A stretch of 64,000 bases of DNA from the NCBI GenBank assembly GCA_977017575.1, contig CDRNVI010000072.1, forward strand, positions 21,933 to 85,932, in the 5' to 3' direction. The number at the start of each line of letters is the position of its first letter. Positions within the stretch are counted from its first letter, which is position 1. Shown here in pieces: positions 44,333 to 59,120 of this stretch. A program made the position numbers and the translations under genes. This DNA is from Paramoeba atlantica (taxonomy: Eukaryota; Protista; Discosea). A model generated the notes under the pieces. It was not told the DNA's origin. It was given only the letters and a program-made list of their open reading frames with translations, and did not search any database.

Positions 44333-45730
44333 TTTTTCCGATTCTCTTCGTTCACAAGCGTGTGGCCGCTTTTGGGCGCGCGGGAGAGACGCAACGTGAA
44401 TCGCAGAAGCAATGGTACATTTTAGGGTATTTTCTTTGCTGAAATGAAGTCTTTTTGTCCTGTGTAGCAGATGACGTTTTGGCGGCAGAAACGGTGAATG
44501 AGTAGATGGCCGTGCGCGTGTCGAATGAAAAAGCCCGAAAAGTGTACCGCTTTTTAGCGCATCCTATCTCAAAATTCAAAATGACCTCAGATTTACCTCT
44601 TTCCGCCTGCACGGTGAAGGGGGGTTTTCAAATATCTCTGGACGCGACGTTTGCATGACTTCCGTGCATGGCGTGCGTCGATTGCGAAACGCCGAACCAG
44701 CAAGCTACATCTCCTGAGTGGTCGTGCTTCGAGCGATATTTTCTGTAGAGATAGAGTTTTTCCGTTAGTCAGTATGATTGCGAATCAAAACGTGGGTTTC
44801 GCCAGTCCACTTTTTGTCCGTTCTTCCCTGAACCAAATCTTAAAAAATTTTAACCCTTTCTACTTGATGAGTGTTCTGAGCGCTCGTGGTTTGCTCTGAT
44901 ATTTGCTTTGGGCACTATTTTCACATGATTTCACTGATACTATAAGCCTTCCCCTCTTCTAACGCAAGAATTTGTTGTCATCGGACATTATTTTAGTCAA
45001 ACCAATGCTTGATTGCACAAGCTTCCTGCATCTCAAGGGGGGGCGGTTGTATTTCTCTATACTTCTTTTACATTTCACCTGCTCTTCCAAGCAACAGAAT
45101 CGCAGGGCGCGCGCGTACTGTAATAGTGTGGTGGAAAAACGTCGGTTTCACACGAAACTCGCATCCACCGTGCGACCCCATTCCGTGGAGAATGATCTTT
45201 GTCTTCTTCGATCCCACTGATTCCGTTAGATGCGCAGGGCGTGATTTCACGTGCATCGAACAATTCCGCTAGATGTTTTACTTGGGGCAAGGCAGGGCAG
45301 CACATGAACAATGAAAACAGGACGCACAATGGCGCGGAACACCTTCCACGTGACACCTTCCGAAACACGTTCTGCACAATCCAGGTATAAAACAACGAAT
45401 TTCTTCGCCCGGCCGTTGCAAAGACCCACCCCTTCCCGATAGATTTCGTAGCTCTGTTCAAAACGTGAACGCATCGTGCTCAACCTCTCTTCCCGACTAT
45501 GTCATCGCCAAAATTGTATGTGTCACTTCTTGGTCGTTCGCACGGGCACACTCAAACCACCATTGCATTCATCAATGCGACCTACGGTGGTGAATGTCGC
45601 CTTGCTTGGGGGGGGGGGGCTGTAAGGATCGTTCAGCGAGGGAAATCGTGGAGTTTCCATTATCACATGAAAAAGCAAGGTAAAGTGCACCGCTATGAAC
45701 GCACAAAACTCGAGACACACCACGACGGAA

Positions 45731-45811
45731 GCGTCCATACCCAAGTGGTTAAGGGGCCTGACTTGAAATCAGGTGTGTTCTCACGCGCAGGTTCGAACCC
45801 TGCTGGGCGCG
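45731..45811 (+). tRNA. trnS-UGA: tRNA-Ser(UGA) copy 5
   Basis: Same sequence as copy 1. Confidence 0.95.
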
Positions 45812-47209
45812 TTTTTCCGATTCTCTTCGTTCACAAGCGTGTGGCCGCTTTTGGGCGCGCGGGAGAGACGCAACGTGAATCGCAGAAGCAATGGTACATT
45901 TTAGTGTATTTTCTTTGCTGAAATGAAGTCTTTTTGTCCTGTGTAGCAGATGACGTTTTGGCGGCAGAAACGGTGAATGAGTAGATGGCCGTGCGCGTGT
46001 CGAATGAAAAAGCCCGAAAAGTGTACCGCTTTTTAGCGCATCCTATCTCAAAATTCAAAATGACCTCAGATTTACCTCTTTCCGCCTGCACGGTGAAGGG
46101 GGGTTTTCAAATATCTCTGGACGCGACGTTTGCATGACTTCCGTGCATGGCGTGCGTCGATTGCGAAACGCCGAACCAGCGAGCTACATCTCCTGAGTGG
46201 TCGTGCTTCGAGCGATATTTTCTGTAGAGATAGAGTTTTTCCGTTAGTCAGTATGATTGCGAATCAAAACGTGGGTTTCGCCAGTCCACTTTTTGTCCGT
46301 TCTTCCCTGAACCAAATCTTAAAAAATTTTAACCCTTTCTACTTGATGAGTGTTCTGAGCGCTCGTGGTTTGCTCTGATATTTGCTTTGGGCACTATTTT
46401 CACATGATTTCACTGATACTATAAGCCTTCCCCTCTTCTAACGCAAGAATTTGTTGTCATCGGACATTATTTTAGTCAAACCAATGCTTGATTGCACAAG
46501 CTTCCTGCATCTCAAGGGGGGGCGGTTGTATTTCTCTATACTTCTTTTACATTTCACCTGCTCTTCCAAGCAACAGAATCGCAGGGCGCGCGCGTACTGT
46601 AATAGTGTGGTGGAAAAACGTCGGTTTCACACGAAACTCGCATCCACCGTGCGACCCCATTCCGTGGAGAATGATCTTTGTCTTCTTCGATCCCACTGAT
46701 TCCGTTAGATGCGCAGGGCGTGATTTCACGTGCATCGAACAATTCCGCTAGATGTTTTACTTGGGGCAAGGCAGGGCAGCACATGAACAATGAAAACAGG
46801 ACGCACAATGGCGCGGAACACCTTCCACGTGACACCTTCCGAAACACGTTCTGCACAATCCAGGTATAAAACAACGAATTTCTTCGCCCGGCCGTTGCAA
46901 AGACCCACCCCTTCCCGATAGATTTCGTAGCTCTGTTCAAAACGTGAACGCATCGTGCTCAACCTCTCTTCCCGACTATGTCATCGCCAAAATTGTATGT
47001 GTCACTTCTTGGTCGTTCGCACGGGCACACTCAAACCACCATTGCATTCATCAATGCGACCTACGGTGGTGAATGTCGCCTTGCTTGGGGGGGGGGGGCT
47101 GTAAGGATCGTTCAGCGAGGGAAATCGTGGAGTTTCCATTATCACATGAAAAAGCAAGGTAAAGTGCACCGCTATGAACGCACAAAACTCGAGACACACC
47201 ACGACGGAA

Positions 47210-47290
47210 GCGTCCATACCCAAGTGGTTAAGGGGCCTGACTTGAAATCAGGTGTGTTCTCACGCGCAGGTTCGAACCCTGCTGGGCGCG
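47210..47290 (+). tRNA. trnS-UGA: tRNA-Ser(UGA) copy 6
   Basis: Same sequence as copy 1. Confidence 0.95.
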
Positions 47291-48688
47291 TTTTTCCGAT
47301 TCTCTTCGTTCACAAGCGTGTGGCCGCTTTTGGGCGCGCGGGAGAGACGCAACGTGAATCGCAGAAGCAATGGTACATTTTAGTGTATTTTCTTTGCTGA
47401 AATGAAGTCTTTTTGTCCTGTGTAGCAGATGACGTTTTGGCGGCAGAAACGGTGAATGAGTAGATGGCCGTGCGCGTGTCGAATGAAAAAGCCCGAAAAG
47501 TGTACCGCTTTTTAGCGCATCCTATCTCAAAATTCAAAATGACCTCAGATTTACCTCTTTCCGCCTGCACGGTGAAGGGGGGTTTTCAAATATCTCTGGA
47601 CGCGACGTTTGCATGACTTCCGTGCATGGCGTGCGTCGATTGCGAAACGCCGAACCAGCGAGCTACATCTCCTGAGTGGTCGTGCTTCGAGCGATATTTT
47701 CTGTAGAGATAGAGTTTTTCCGTTAGTCAGTATGATTGCGAATCAAAACGTGGGTTTCGCCAGTCCACTTTTTGTCCGTTCTTCCCTGAACCAAATCTTA
47801 AAAAATTTTAACCCTTTCTACTTGATGAGTGTTCTGAGCGCTCGTGGTTTGCTCTGATATTTGCTTTGGGCACTATTTTCACATGATTTCACTGATACTA
47901 TAAGCCTTCCCCTCTTCTAACGCAAGAATTTGTTGTCATCGGACATTATTTTAGTCAAACCAATGCTTGATTGCACAAGCTTCCTGCATCTCAAGGGGGG
48001 GCGGTTGTATTTCTCTATACTTCTTTTACATTTCACCTGCTCTTCCAAGCAACAGAATCGCAGGGCGCGCGCGTACTGTAATAGTGTGGTGGAAAAACGT
48101 CGGTTTCACACGAAACTCGCATCCACCGTGCGACCCCATTCCGTGGAGAATGATCTTTGTCTTCTTCGATCCCACTGATTCCGTTAGATGCGCAGGGCGT
48201 GATTTCACGTGCATCGAACAATTCCGCTAGATGTTTTACTTGGGGCAAGGCAGGGCAGCACATGAACAATGAAAACAGGACGCACAATGGCGCGGAACAC
48301 CTTCCACGTGACACCTTCCGAAACACGTTCTGCACAATCCAGGTATAAAACAACGAATTTCTTCGCCCGGCCGTTGCAAAGACCCACCCCTTCCCGATAG
48401 ATTTCGTAGCTCTGTTCAAAACGTGAACGCATCGTGCTCAACCTCTCTTCCCGACTATGTCATCGCCAAAATTGTATGTGTCACTTCTTGGTCGTTCGCA
48501 CGGGCACACTCAAACCACCATTGCATTCATCAATGCGACCTACGGTGGTGAATGTCGCCTTGCTTGGGGGGGGGGGGCTGTAAGGATCGTTCAGCGAGGG
48601 AAATCGTGGAGTTTCCATTATCACATGAAAAAGCAAGGTAAAGTGCACCGCTATGAACGCACAAAACTCGAGACACACCACGACGGAA

Positions 48689-48769
48689 GCGTCCATACCC
48701 AAGTGGTTAAGGGGCCTGACTTGAAATCAGGTGTGTTCTCACGCGCAGGTTCGAACCCTGCTGGGCGCG
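48689..48769 (+). tRNA. trnS-UGA: tRNA-Ser(UGA) copy 7
   Basis: Same sequence as copy 1. Confidence 0.95.
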
Positions 48770-50162
48770 TTTTTCCGATTCTCTTCGTTCACAAGCGTGT
48801 GGCCGCTTTTGGGCGCGCGGGAGAGACGCAACGTGAATCGCAGAAGCAATGGTACATTTTAGGGTATTTTCTTTGCTGAAATGAAGTCTTTTTGTCCTGT
48901 GTAGCAGATGACGTTTTGGCGGCAGAAACGGTGAATGAGTAGATGGCCGTGCGCGTGTCGAATGAAAAAGCCCGAAAAGTGTACCGCTTTTTAGCGCATC
49001 CTATCTCAAAATTCAAAATGACCTCAGATTTACCTCTTTCCGCCTGCACGGTGAAGGGGGGTTTTCAAATATCTCTGGACGCGACGTTTGCATGACTTCC
49101 GTGCATGGCGTGCGTCGATTGCTAAACGCCGAACCAGCAAGCTACATCTCCTGAGTGGTCGTGCTTCGAGCGATATTTTCTGTAGAGATAGAGTTTTTCC
49201 GTTAGTCAGTATGATTGCGAATCAAAACGTGGGTTTCGCCAGTCCACTTTTTGTCCGTTCTTCCCTGAACCAAATCTTAAAAAATTTTAACCCTTTCTAC
49301 TTGATGAGTGTTCTGAGCGCTCGTGGTTTGCTCTGATATTTGCTTTGGGCACTATTTTCACATGATTTCACTGATACTATAAGCCTTCCCCTCTTCTAAC
49401 GCAAGAATTTGTTGTCATCGGACATTATTTTAGTCAAACCAATGCTTGATTGCACAAGCTTCCTGCATCTCAAGGGGGGGCGGTTGTATTTCTCTATACT
49501 TCTTTTACATTTCACCTGCTCTTCCAAGCAACAGAATCGCAGGGCGCGCGCGTACTGTAATAGTGTGGTGGAAAAACGTCGGTTTCACACGAAACTCGCA
49601 TCCACCGTGCGACCCCATTCCGTGGAGAATGATCTTTGTCTTCTTCGATCCCACTGATTCCGTTAGATGCGCAGGGCGTGATTTCACGTGCATCGAACAA
49701 TTCCGCTAGATGTTTTACTTGGGGCAAGGCAGGGCAGCACATGAACAATGAAAACAGGACGCACAATGGCGCGGAACACCTTCCACGTGACACCTTCCGA
49801 AACACGTTCTGCACAATCCAGGTATAAAACAACGAATTTCTTCGCCCGGCCGTTGCAAAGACCCACCCCTTCCCGATAGATTTCGTAGCTCTGTTCAAAA
49901 CGTGAACGCATCGTGCTCAACCTCTCTTCCCGACTATGTCATCGCCAAAATTGTATGTGTCACTTCTTGGTCGTTCGCACGGGCACACTCAAACCACCAT
50001 TGCAATGCGACCTACGGTGGTGAATGTCGCCTTGCTTGGGGGGGGGGGGGGCTGTAAGGATCGTTCAGCGAGGGAAATCGTGGAGTTTCCATTATCACAT
50101 GAAAAAGCAAGGTAAAGTGCACCGCTATGAACGCACAAAACTCGAGACACACCACGACGGAA

Positions 50163-50243
50163 GCGTCCATACCCAAGTGGTTAAGGGGCCTGACTTGAAA
50201 TCAGGTGTGTTCTCACGCGCAGGTTCGAACCCTGCTGGGCGCG
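50163..50243 (+). tRNA. trnS-UGA: tRNA-Ser(UGA) copy 8
   Basis: Same sequence as copy 1. Confidence 0.95.
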
Positions 50244-51648
50244 TTTTTCCGATTCTCTTCGTTCACAAGCGTGTGGCCGCTTTTGGGCGCGCGGGAGAGA
50301 CGCAACGTGAATCGCAGAAGCAATGGTACATTTTAGGGTATTTTCTTTGCTGAAATGAAGTCTTTTTGTCCTGTGTAGCAGATGACGTTTTGGCGGCAGA
50401 AACGGTGAATGAGTAGATGGCCGTGCGCGTGTCGAATGAAAAAGCCCGAAAAGTGTACCGCTTTTTAGCGCATCCTATCTCAAAATTCAAAATGACCTCA
50501 GATTTACCTCTTTCCGCCTGCACGGTGAAGGGGGGTTTTCAAATATCTCTGGACGCGACGTTTGCATGACTTCCGTGCATGGCGTGCGTCGATTGCGAAA
50601 CGCCGAACCAGCAAGCTACATCTCCTGAGTTGTCGTGCTTCGAGCGATATTTTCTGTAGAGATAGAGTTTTTCCGTTAGTCAGTATGATTGCGAATCAAA
50701 ACGTGGGTTTCGCCAGTCCACTTTTTGTCCGTTCTTCCCTGAACCAAATCTTAAAAAATTTTAACCCTTTCTACTTGATGAGTGTTCTGAGCGCTCGTGG
50801 TTTGCTCTGATATTTGCTTTGGGCACTATTTTCACATGATTTCACTGATACTATAAGCCTTCCCCTCTTCTAACGCAAGAATTTGTTGTCATCGGACATT
50901 ATTTTAGTCAAACCAATGCTTGATTGCACAAGCTTCCTGCATCTCAAGGGGGGGCGGTTGTATTTCTCTATACTTCTTTTACATTTCACCTGCTCTTCCA
51001 AGCGACAGAATCGCAGGGCGCGCGCGTACTGTAATAGTGTGGTGGAAAAACGTCGGTTTCACACGAAACTCGCATCCACCGTGCGACTCCATTCCGTGGA
51101 GAATGATCTTTGTCTTCTTCGATCCCACTGATTCCGTTAGATGCACAGGGCGTGATTTCACGTGCATCGAACAATTCCGCTAGATGTTTTACTTGGGGCA
51201 AGGCAGGGCAGCACATGAACAATGAAAACAGGACGCACAATGGCGCGGAACACCTTCCACGTGACACCTTCCGAAACACGTTCTGCACAATCCAGGTATA
51301 AAACAACGAATTTCTTCGCCCGGCCGTTGCAAAGACCCACCCCTTCCCGATAGATTTCGTAGCTCTGTTCAAAACGTGAACGCATCGTGCTCAACCTCTC
51401 TTCCCGACTATGTCATCGCCAAAATTGTATGTGTCACTTCTTGGTCGTTCGCACGGGCACACTCAAACCACCATTGCATTCATCAATGCGACCTACGGTG
51501 GTGAATGTCGCCTTGCTTGGGGGGGGGGGGGGGGGGGCTGTAAGGATCGTTCAGCGAGGGAAATCGTGGAGTTTCCATTATCACATGAAAAAGCAAGGTA
51601 AAGTGCACCGCTATGAACGCACAAAACTCGAGACACACCACGACGGAA

Positions 51649-51729
51649 GCGTCCATACCCAAGTGGTTAAGGGGCCTGACTTGAAATCAGGTGTGTTCTC
51701 ACGCGCAGGTTCGAACCCTGCTGGGCGCG
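51649..51729 (+). tRNA. trnS-UGA: tRNA-Ser(UGA) copy 9
   Basis: Same sequence as copy 1. Confidence 0.95.
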
Positions 51730-53127
51730 TTTTTCCGATTCTCTTCGTTCACAAGCGTGTGGCCGCTTTTGGGCGCGCGGGAGAGACGCAACGTGAATCG
51801 CAGAAGCAATGGTACATTTTAGGGTATTTTCTTTGCTGAAATGAAGTCTTTTTGTCCTGTGTAGCAGATGACGTTTTGGCGGCAGAAACGGTGAATGAGT
51901 AGATGGCCGTGCGCGTGTCGAATGAAAAAGCCCGAAAAGTGTACCGCTTTTTAGCGCATCCTATCTCAAAATTCAAAATGACCTCAGATTTACCTCTTTC
52001 CGCCTGCACGGTGAAGGGGGGTTTTCAAATATCTCTGGACGCGACGTTTGCATGACTTCCGTGCATGGCGTGCGTCGATTGCGAAACGCCGAACCAGCAA
52101 GCTACATCTCCTGAGTGGTCGTGCTTCGAGCGATATTTTCTGTAGAGATAGAGTTTTTCCGTTAGTCAGTATGATTGCGAATCAAAACGTGGGTTTCGCC
52201 AGTCCACTTTTTGTCCGTTCTTCCCTGAACCAAATCTTAAAAAATTTTAACCCTTTCTACTTGATGAGTGTTCTGAGCGCTCGTGGTTTGCTCTGATATT
52301 TGCTTTGGGCACTATTTTCACATGATTTCACTGATACTATAAGCCTTCCCCTCTTCTAACGCAAGAATTTGTTGTCATCGGACATTATTTTAGTCAAACC
52401 AATGCTTGATTGCACAAGCTTCCTGCATCTCAAGGGGGGGCGGTTGTATTTCTCTATACTTCTTTTACATTTCACCTGCTCTTCCAAGCAACAGAATCGC
52501 AGGGCGCGCGCGTACTGTAATAGTGTGGTGGAAAAACGTCGGTTTCACACGAAACTCGCATCCACCGTGCGACCCCATTCCGTGGAGAATGATCTTTGTC
52601 TTCTTCGATCCCACTGATTCCGTTAGATGCACAGGGCGTGATTTCACGTGCATCGAACAATTCCGCTAGATGTTTTACTTGGGGCAAGGCAGGGCAGCAC
52701 ATGAACAATGAAAACAGGACGCACAATGGCGCGGAACACCTTCCACGTGACACCTTCCGAAACACGTTCTGCACAATCCAGGTATAAAACAACGAATTTC
52801 TTCGCCCGGCCGTTGCAAAGACCCACCCCTTCCCGATAGATTTCGTAGCTCTGTTCAAAACGTGAACGCATCGTGCTCAACCTCTCTTCCCGACTATGTC
52901 ATCGCCAAAATTGTATGTGTCACTTCTTGGTCGTTCGCACGGGCACACTCAAACCACCATTGCATTCATCAATGCGACCTACGGTGGTGAATGTCGCCTT
53001 GCTTGGGGGGGGGGGGCTGTAAGGATCGTTCAGCGAGGGAAATCGTGGAGTTTCCATTATCACATGAAAAAGCAAGGTAAAGTGCACCGCTATGAACGCA
53101 CAAAACTCGAGACACACCACGACGGAA

Positions 53128-53208
53128 GCGTCCATACCCAAGTGGTTAAGGGGCCTGACTTGAAATCAGGTGTGTTCTCACGCGCAGGTTCGAACCCTGC
53201 TGGGCGCG
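53128..53208 (+). tRNA. trnS-UGA: tRNA-Ser(UGA) copy 10
   Basis: Same sequence as copy 1. Confidence 0.95.
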
Positions 53209-54606
53209 TTTTTCCGATTCTCTTCGTTCACAAGCGTGTGGCCGCTTTTGGGCGCGCGGGAGAGACGCAACGTGAATCGCAGAAGCAATGGTACATTTTA
53301 GGGTATTTTCTTTGCTGAAATGAAGTCTTTTTGTCCTGTGTAGCAGATGACGTTTTGGCGGCAGAAACGGTGAATGAGTAGATGGCCGTGCGCGTGTCGA
53401 ATGAAAAAGCCCGAAAAGTGTACCGCTTTTTAGCGCATCCTATCTCAAAATTCAAAATGACCTCAGATTTACCTCTTTCCGCCTGCACGGTGAAGGGGGG
53501 TTTTCAAATATCTCTGGACGCGACGTTTGCATGACTTCCGTGCATGGCGTGCGTCGATTGCGAAACGCCGAACCAGCAAGCTACATCTCCTGAGTTGTCG
53601 TGCTTCGAGCGATATTTTCTGTAGAGATAGAGTTTTTCCGTTAGTCAGTATGATTGCGAATCAAAACGTGGGTTTCGCCAGTCCACTTTTTGTCCGTTCT
53701 TCCCTGAACCAAATCTTAAAAAATTTTAACCCTTTCTACTTGATGAGTGTTCTGAGCGCTCGTGGTTTGCTCTGATATTTGCTTTGGGCACTATTTTCAC
53801 ATGATTTCACTGATACTATAAGCCTTCCCCTCTTCTAACGCAAGAATTTGTTGTCATCGGACATTATTTTAGTCAAACCAATGCTTGATTGCACAAGCTT
53901 CCTGCATCTCAAGGGGGGGCGGTTGTATTTCTCTATACTTCTTTTACATTTCACCTGCTCTTCCAAGCAACAGAATCGCAGGGCGCGCGCGTACTGTAAT
54001 AGTGTGGTGGAAAAACGTCGGTTTCACACGAAACTCGCATCCACCGTGCGACCCCATTCCGTGGAGAATGATCTTTGTCTTCTTCGATCCCACTGATTCC
54101 GTTAGATGCACAGGGCGTGATTTCACGTGCATCGAACAATTCCGCTAGATGTTTTACTTGGGGCAAGGCAGGGCAGCACATGAACAATGAAAACAGGACG
54201 CACAATGGCGCGGAACACCTTCCACGTGACACCTTCCGAAACACGTTCTGCACAATCCAGGTATAAAACAACGAATTTCTTCGCCCGGCCGTTGCAAAGA
54301 CCCACCCCTTCCCGATAGATTTCGTAGCTCTGTTCAAAACGTGAACGCATCGTGCTCAACCTCTCTTCCCGACTATGTCATCGCCAAAATTGTATGTGTC
54401 ACTTCTTGGTCGTTCGCACGGGCACACTCAAACCACCATTGCATTCATCAATGCGACCTACGGTGGTGAATGTCGCCTTGCTTGGGGGGGGGGGGCTGTA
54501 AGGATCGTTCAGCGAGGGAAATCGTGGAGTTTCCATTATCACATGAAAAAGCAAGGTAAAGTGCACCGCTATGAACGCACAAAACTCGAGACACACCACG
54601 ACGGAA

Positions 54607-54687
54607 GCGTCCATACCCAAGTGGTTAAGGGGCCTGACTTGAAATCAGGTGTGTTCTCACGCGCAGGTTCGAACCCTGCTGGGCGCG
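54607..54687 (+). tRNA. trnS-UGA: tRNA-Ser(UGA) copy 11
   Basis: Same sequence as copy 1. Confidence 0.95.
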
Positions 54688-56083
54688 TTTTTCCGATTCT
54701 CTTCGTTCACAAGCGTGTGGCCGCTTTTGGGCGCGCGGGAGAGACGCAACGTGAATCGCAGAAGCAATGGTACATTTTAGGGTATTTTCTTTGCTGAAAT
54801 GAAGTCTTTTTGTCCTGTGTAGCAGATGACGTTTTGGCGGCAGAAACGGTGAATGAGTAGATGGCCGTGCGCGTGTCGAATGAAAAAGCCCGAAAAGTGT
54901 ACCGCTTTTTAGCGCATCCTATCTCAAAATTCAAAATGACCTCAGATTTACCTCTTTCCGCCTGCACGGTGAAGGGGGGTTTTCAAATATCTCTGGACGC
55001 GACGTTTGCATGACTTCCGTGCATGGCGTGCGTCGATTGCGAAACGCCGAACCAGCAAGCTACATCTCCTGAGTTGTCGTGCTTCGAGCGATATTTTCTG
55101 TAGAGATAGAGTTTTTCCGTTAGTCAGTATGATTGCGAATCAAAACGTGGGTTTCGCCAGTCCACTTTTTGTCCGTTCTTCCCTGAACCAAATCTTAAAA
55201 AATTTTAACCCTTTCTACTTGATGAGTGTTCTGAGCGCTCGTGGTTTGCTCTGATATTTGCTTTGGGCACTATTTTCACATGATTTCACTGATACTATAA
55301 GCCTTCCCCTCTTCTAACGCAAGAATTTGTTGTCATCGGACATTATTTTAGTCAAACCAATGCTTGATTGCACAAGCTTCCTGCATCTCAAGGGGGGGCG
55401 GTTGTATTTCTCTATACTTCTTTTACATTTCACCTGCTCTTCCAAGCAACAGAATCGCAGGGCGCGCGCGTACTGTAATAGTGTGGTGGAAAAACGTCGG
55501 TTTCACACGAAACTCGCATCCACCGTGCGACCCCATTCCGTGGAGAATGATCTTTGTCTTCTTCGATCCCACTGATTCCGTTAGATGCACAGGGCGTGAT
55601 TTCACGTGCATCGAACAATTCCGCTAGATGTTTTACTTGGGGCAAGGCAGGGCAGCACATGAACAATGAAAACAGGACGCACAATGGCGCGGAACACCTT
55701 CCACGTGACACCTTCCGAAACACGTTCTGCACAATCCAGGTATAAAACAACGAATTTCTTCGCCCGGCCGTTGCAAAGACCCACCCCTTCCCGATAGATT
55801 TCGTAGCTCTGTTCAAAACGTGAACGCATCGTGCTCAACCTCTCTTCCCGACTATGTCATCGCCAAAATTGTATGTGTCACTTCTTGGTCGTTCGCACGG
55901 GCACACTCAAACCACCATTGCATTCATCAATGCGACCTACGGTGGTGAATGTCGCCTTGCTTGGGGGGGGGGCTGTAAGGATCGTTCAGCGAGGGAAATC
56001 GTGGAGTTTCCATTATCACATGAAAAAGCAAGGTAAAGTGCACCGCTATGAACGCACAAAACTCGAGACACACCACGACGGAA

Positions 56084-56164
56084 GCGTCCATACCCAAGTG
56101 GTTAAGGGGCCTGACTTGAAATCAGGTGTGTTCTCACGCGCAGGTTCGAACCCTGCTGGGCGCG
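56084..56164 (+). tRNA. trnS-UGA: tRNA-Ser(UGA) copy 12
   Basis: Same sequence as copy 1. Confidence 0.95.
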
Positions 56165-57562
56165 TTTTTCCGATTCTCTTCGTTCACAAGCGTGTGGACG
56201 CTTTTGGGCGCGCGGGAGAGACGCAACGTGAATCGCAGAAGCAATGGTACATTTTAGGGTATTTTCTTTGCTGAAATGAAGTCTTTTTGTCCTGTGTAGC
56301 AGATGACGTTTTGGCGGCAGAAACGGTGAATGAGTAGATGGCCGTGCGCGTGTCGAATGAAAAAGCCCGAAAAGTGTACCGCTTTTTAGCGCATCCTATC
56401 TCAAAATTCAAAATGACCTCAGATTTACCTCTTTCCGCCTGCACGGTGAAGGGGGGTTTTCAAATATCTCTGGACGCGACGTTTGCATGACTTCCGTGCA
56501 TGGCGTGCGTCGATTGCGAAACGCCGAACCAGCAAGCTACATCTCCTGAGTGGTCGTGCTTCGAGCGATATTTTCTGTAGAGATAGAGTTTTTCCGTTAG
56601 TCAGTATGATTGCGAATCAAAACGTGGGTTTCGCCAGTCCACTTTTTGTCCGTTCTTCCCTGAACCAAATCTTAAAAAATTTTAACCCTTTCTACTTGAT
56701 GAGTGTTCTGAGCGCTCGTGGTTTGCTCTGATATTTGCTTTGGGCACTATTTTCACATGATTTCACTGATACTATAAGCCTTCCCCTCTTCTAACGCAAG
56801 AATTTGTTGTCATCGGACATTATTTTAGTCAAACCAATGCTTGATTGCACAAGCTTCCTGCATCTCAAGGGGGGGCGGTTGTATTTCTCTATACTTCTTT
56901 TACATTTCACCTGCTCTTCCAAGCAACAGAATCGCAGGGCGCGCGCGTACTGTAATAGTGTGGTGGAAAAACGTCGGTTTCACACGAAACTCGCATCCAC
57001 CGTGCGACCCCATTCCGTGGAGAATGATCTTTGTCTTCTTCGATCCCACTGATTCCGTTAGATGCACAGGGCGTGATTTCACGTGCATCGAACAATTCCG
57101 CTAGATGTTTTACTTGGGGCAAGGCAGGGCAGCACATGAACAATGAAAACAGGACGCACAATGGCGCGGAACACCTTCCACGTGACACCTTCCGAAACAC
57201 GTTCTGCACAATCCAGGTATAAAACAACGAATTTCTTCGCCCGGCCGTTGCAAAGACCCACCCCTTCCCGATAGATTTCGTAGCTCTGTTCAAAACGTGA
57301 ACGCATCGTGCTCAACCTCTCTTCCCGACTATGTCATCGCCAAAATTGTATGTGTCACTTCTTGGTCGTTCGCACGGGCACACTCAAACCACCATTGCAT
57401 TCATCAATGCGACCTACGGTGGTGAATGTCGCCTTGCTTGGGGGGGGGGGGCTGTAAGGATCGTTCAGCGAGGGAAATCGTGGAGTTTCCATTATCACAT
57501 GAAAAAGCAAGGTAAAGTGCACCGCTATGAACGCACAAAACTCGAGACACACCACGACGGAA

Positions 57563-57643
57563 GCGTCCATACCCAAGTGGTTAAGGGGCCTGACTTGAAA
57601 TCAGGTGTGTTCTCACGCGCAGGTTCGAACCCTGCTGGGCGCG
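57563..57643 (+). tRNA. trnS-UGA: tRNA-Ser(UGA) copy 13
   Basis: Same sequence as copy 1. Confidence 0.95.
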
Positions 57644-59039
57644 TTTTTCCGATTCTCTTCGTTCACAAGCGTGTGGCCGCTTTTGGGCGCGCGGGAGAGA
57701 CGCAACGTGAATCGCAGAAGCAATGGTACATTTTAGGGTATTTTCTTTGCTGAAATGAAGTCTTTTTGTCCTGTGTAGCAGATGACGTTTTGGCGGCAGA
57801 AACGGTGAATGAGTAGATGGCCGTGCGCGTGTCGAATGAAAAAGCCCGAAAAGTGTACCGCTTTTTAGCGCATCCTATCTCAAAATTCAAAATGACCTCA
57901 GATTTACCTCTTTCCGCCTGCACGGTGAAGGGGGGTTTTCAAATATCTCTGGACGCGACGTTTGCATGACTTCCGTGCATGGCGTGCGTCGATTGCGAAA
58001 CGCCGAACCAGCAAGCTACATCTCCTGAGTTGTCGTGCTTCGAGCGATATTTTCTGTAGAGATAGAGTTTTTCCGTTAGTCAGTATGATTGCGAATCAAA
58101 ACGTGGGTTTCGCCAGTCCACTTTTTGTCCGTTCTTCCCTGAACCAAATCTTAAAAAATTTTAACCCTTTCTACTTGATGAGTGTTCTGAGCGCTCGTGG
58201 TTTGCTCTGATATTTGCTTTGGGCACTATTTTCACATGATTTCACTGATACTATAAGCCTTCCCCTCTTCTAACGCAAGAATTTGTTGTCATCGGACATT
58301 ATTTTAGTCAAACCAATGCTTGATTGCACAAGCTTCCTGCATCTCAAGGGGGGGCGGTTGTATTTCTCTATACTTCTTTTACATTTCACCTGCTCTTCCA
58401 AGCAACAGAATCGCAGGGCGCGCGCGTACTGTAATAGTGTGGTGGAAAAACGTCGGTTTCACACGAAACTCGCATCCACCGTGCGACCCCATTCCGTGGA
58501 GAATGATCTTTGTCTTCTTCGATCCCACTGATTCCGTTAGATGCACAGGGCGTGATTTCACGTGCATCGAACAATTCCGCTAGATGTTTTACTTGGGGCA
58601 AGGCAGGGCAGCACATGAACAATGAAAACAGGACGCACAATGGCGCGGAACACCTTCCACGTGACACCTTCCGAAACACGTTCTGCACAATCCAGGTATA
58701 AAACAACGAATTTCTTCGCCCGGCCGTTGCAAAGACCCACCCCTTCCCGATAGATTTCGTAGCTCTGTTCAAAACGTGAACGCATCGTGCTCAACCTCTC
58801 TTCCCGACTATGTCATCGCCAAAATTGTATGTGTCACTTCTTGGTCGTTCGCACGGGCACACTCAAACCACCATTGCATTCATCAATGCGACCTACGGTG
58901 GTGAATGTCGCCTTGCTTGGGGGGGGGGCTGTAAGGATCGTTCAGCGAGGGAAATCGTGGAGTTTCCATTATCACATGAAAAAGCAAGGTAAAGTGCACC
59001 GCTATGAACGCACAAAACTCGAGACACACCACGACGGAA

Positions 59040-59120
59040 GCGTCCATACCCAAGTGGTTAAGGGGCCTGACTTGAAATCAGGTGTGTTCTCACGCGCAGG
59101 TTCGAACCCTGCTGGGCGCG
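59040..59120 (+). tRNA. trnS-UGA: tRNA-Ser(UGA) copy 14
   Basis: Same sequence as copy 1. Confidence 0.95.
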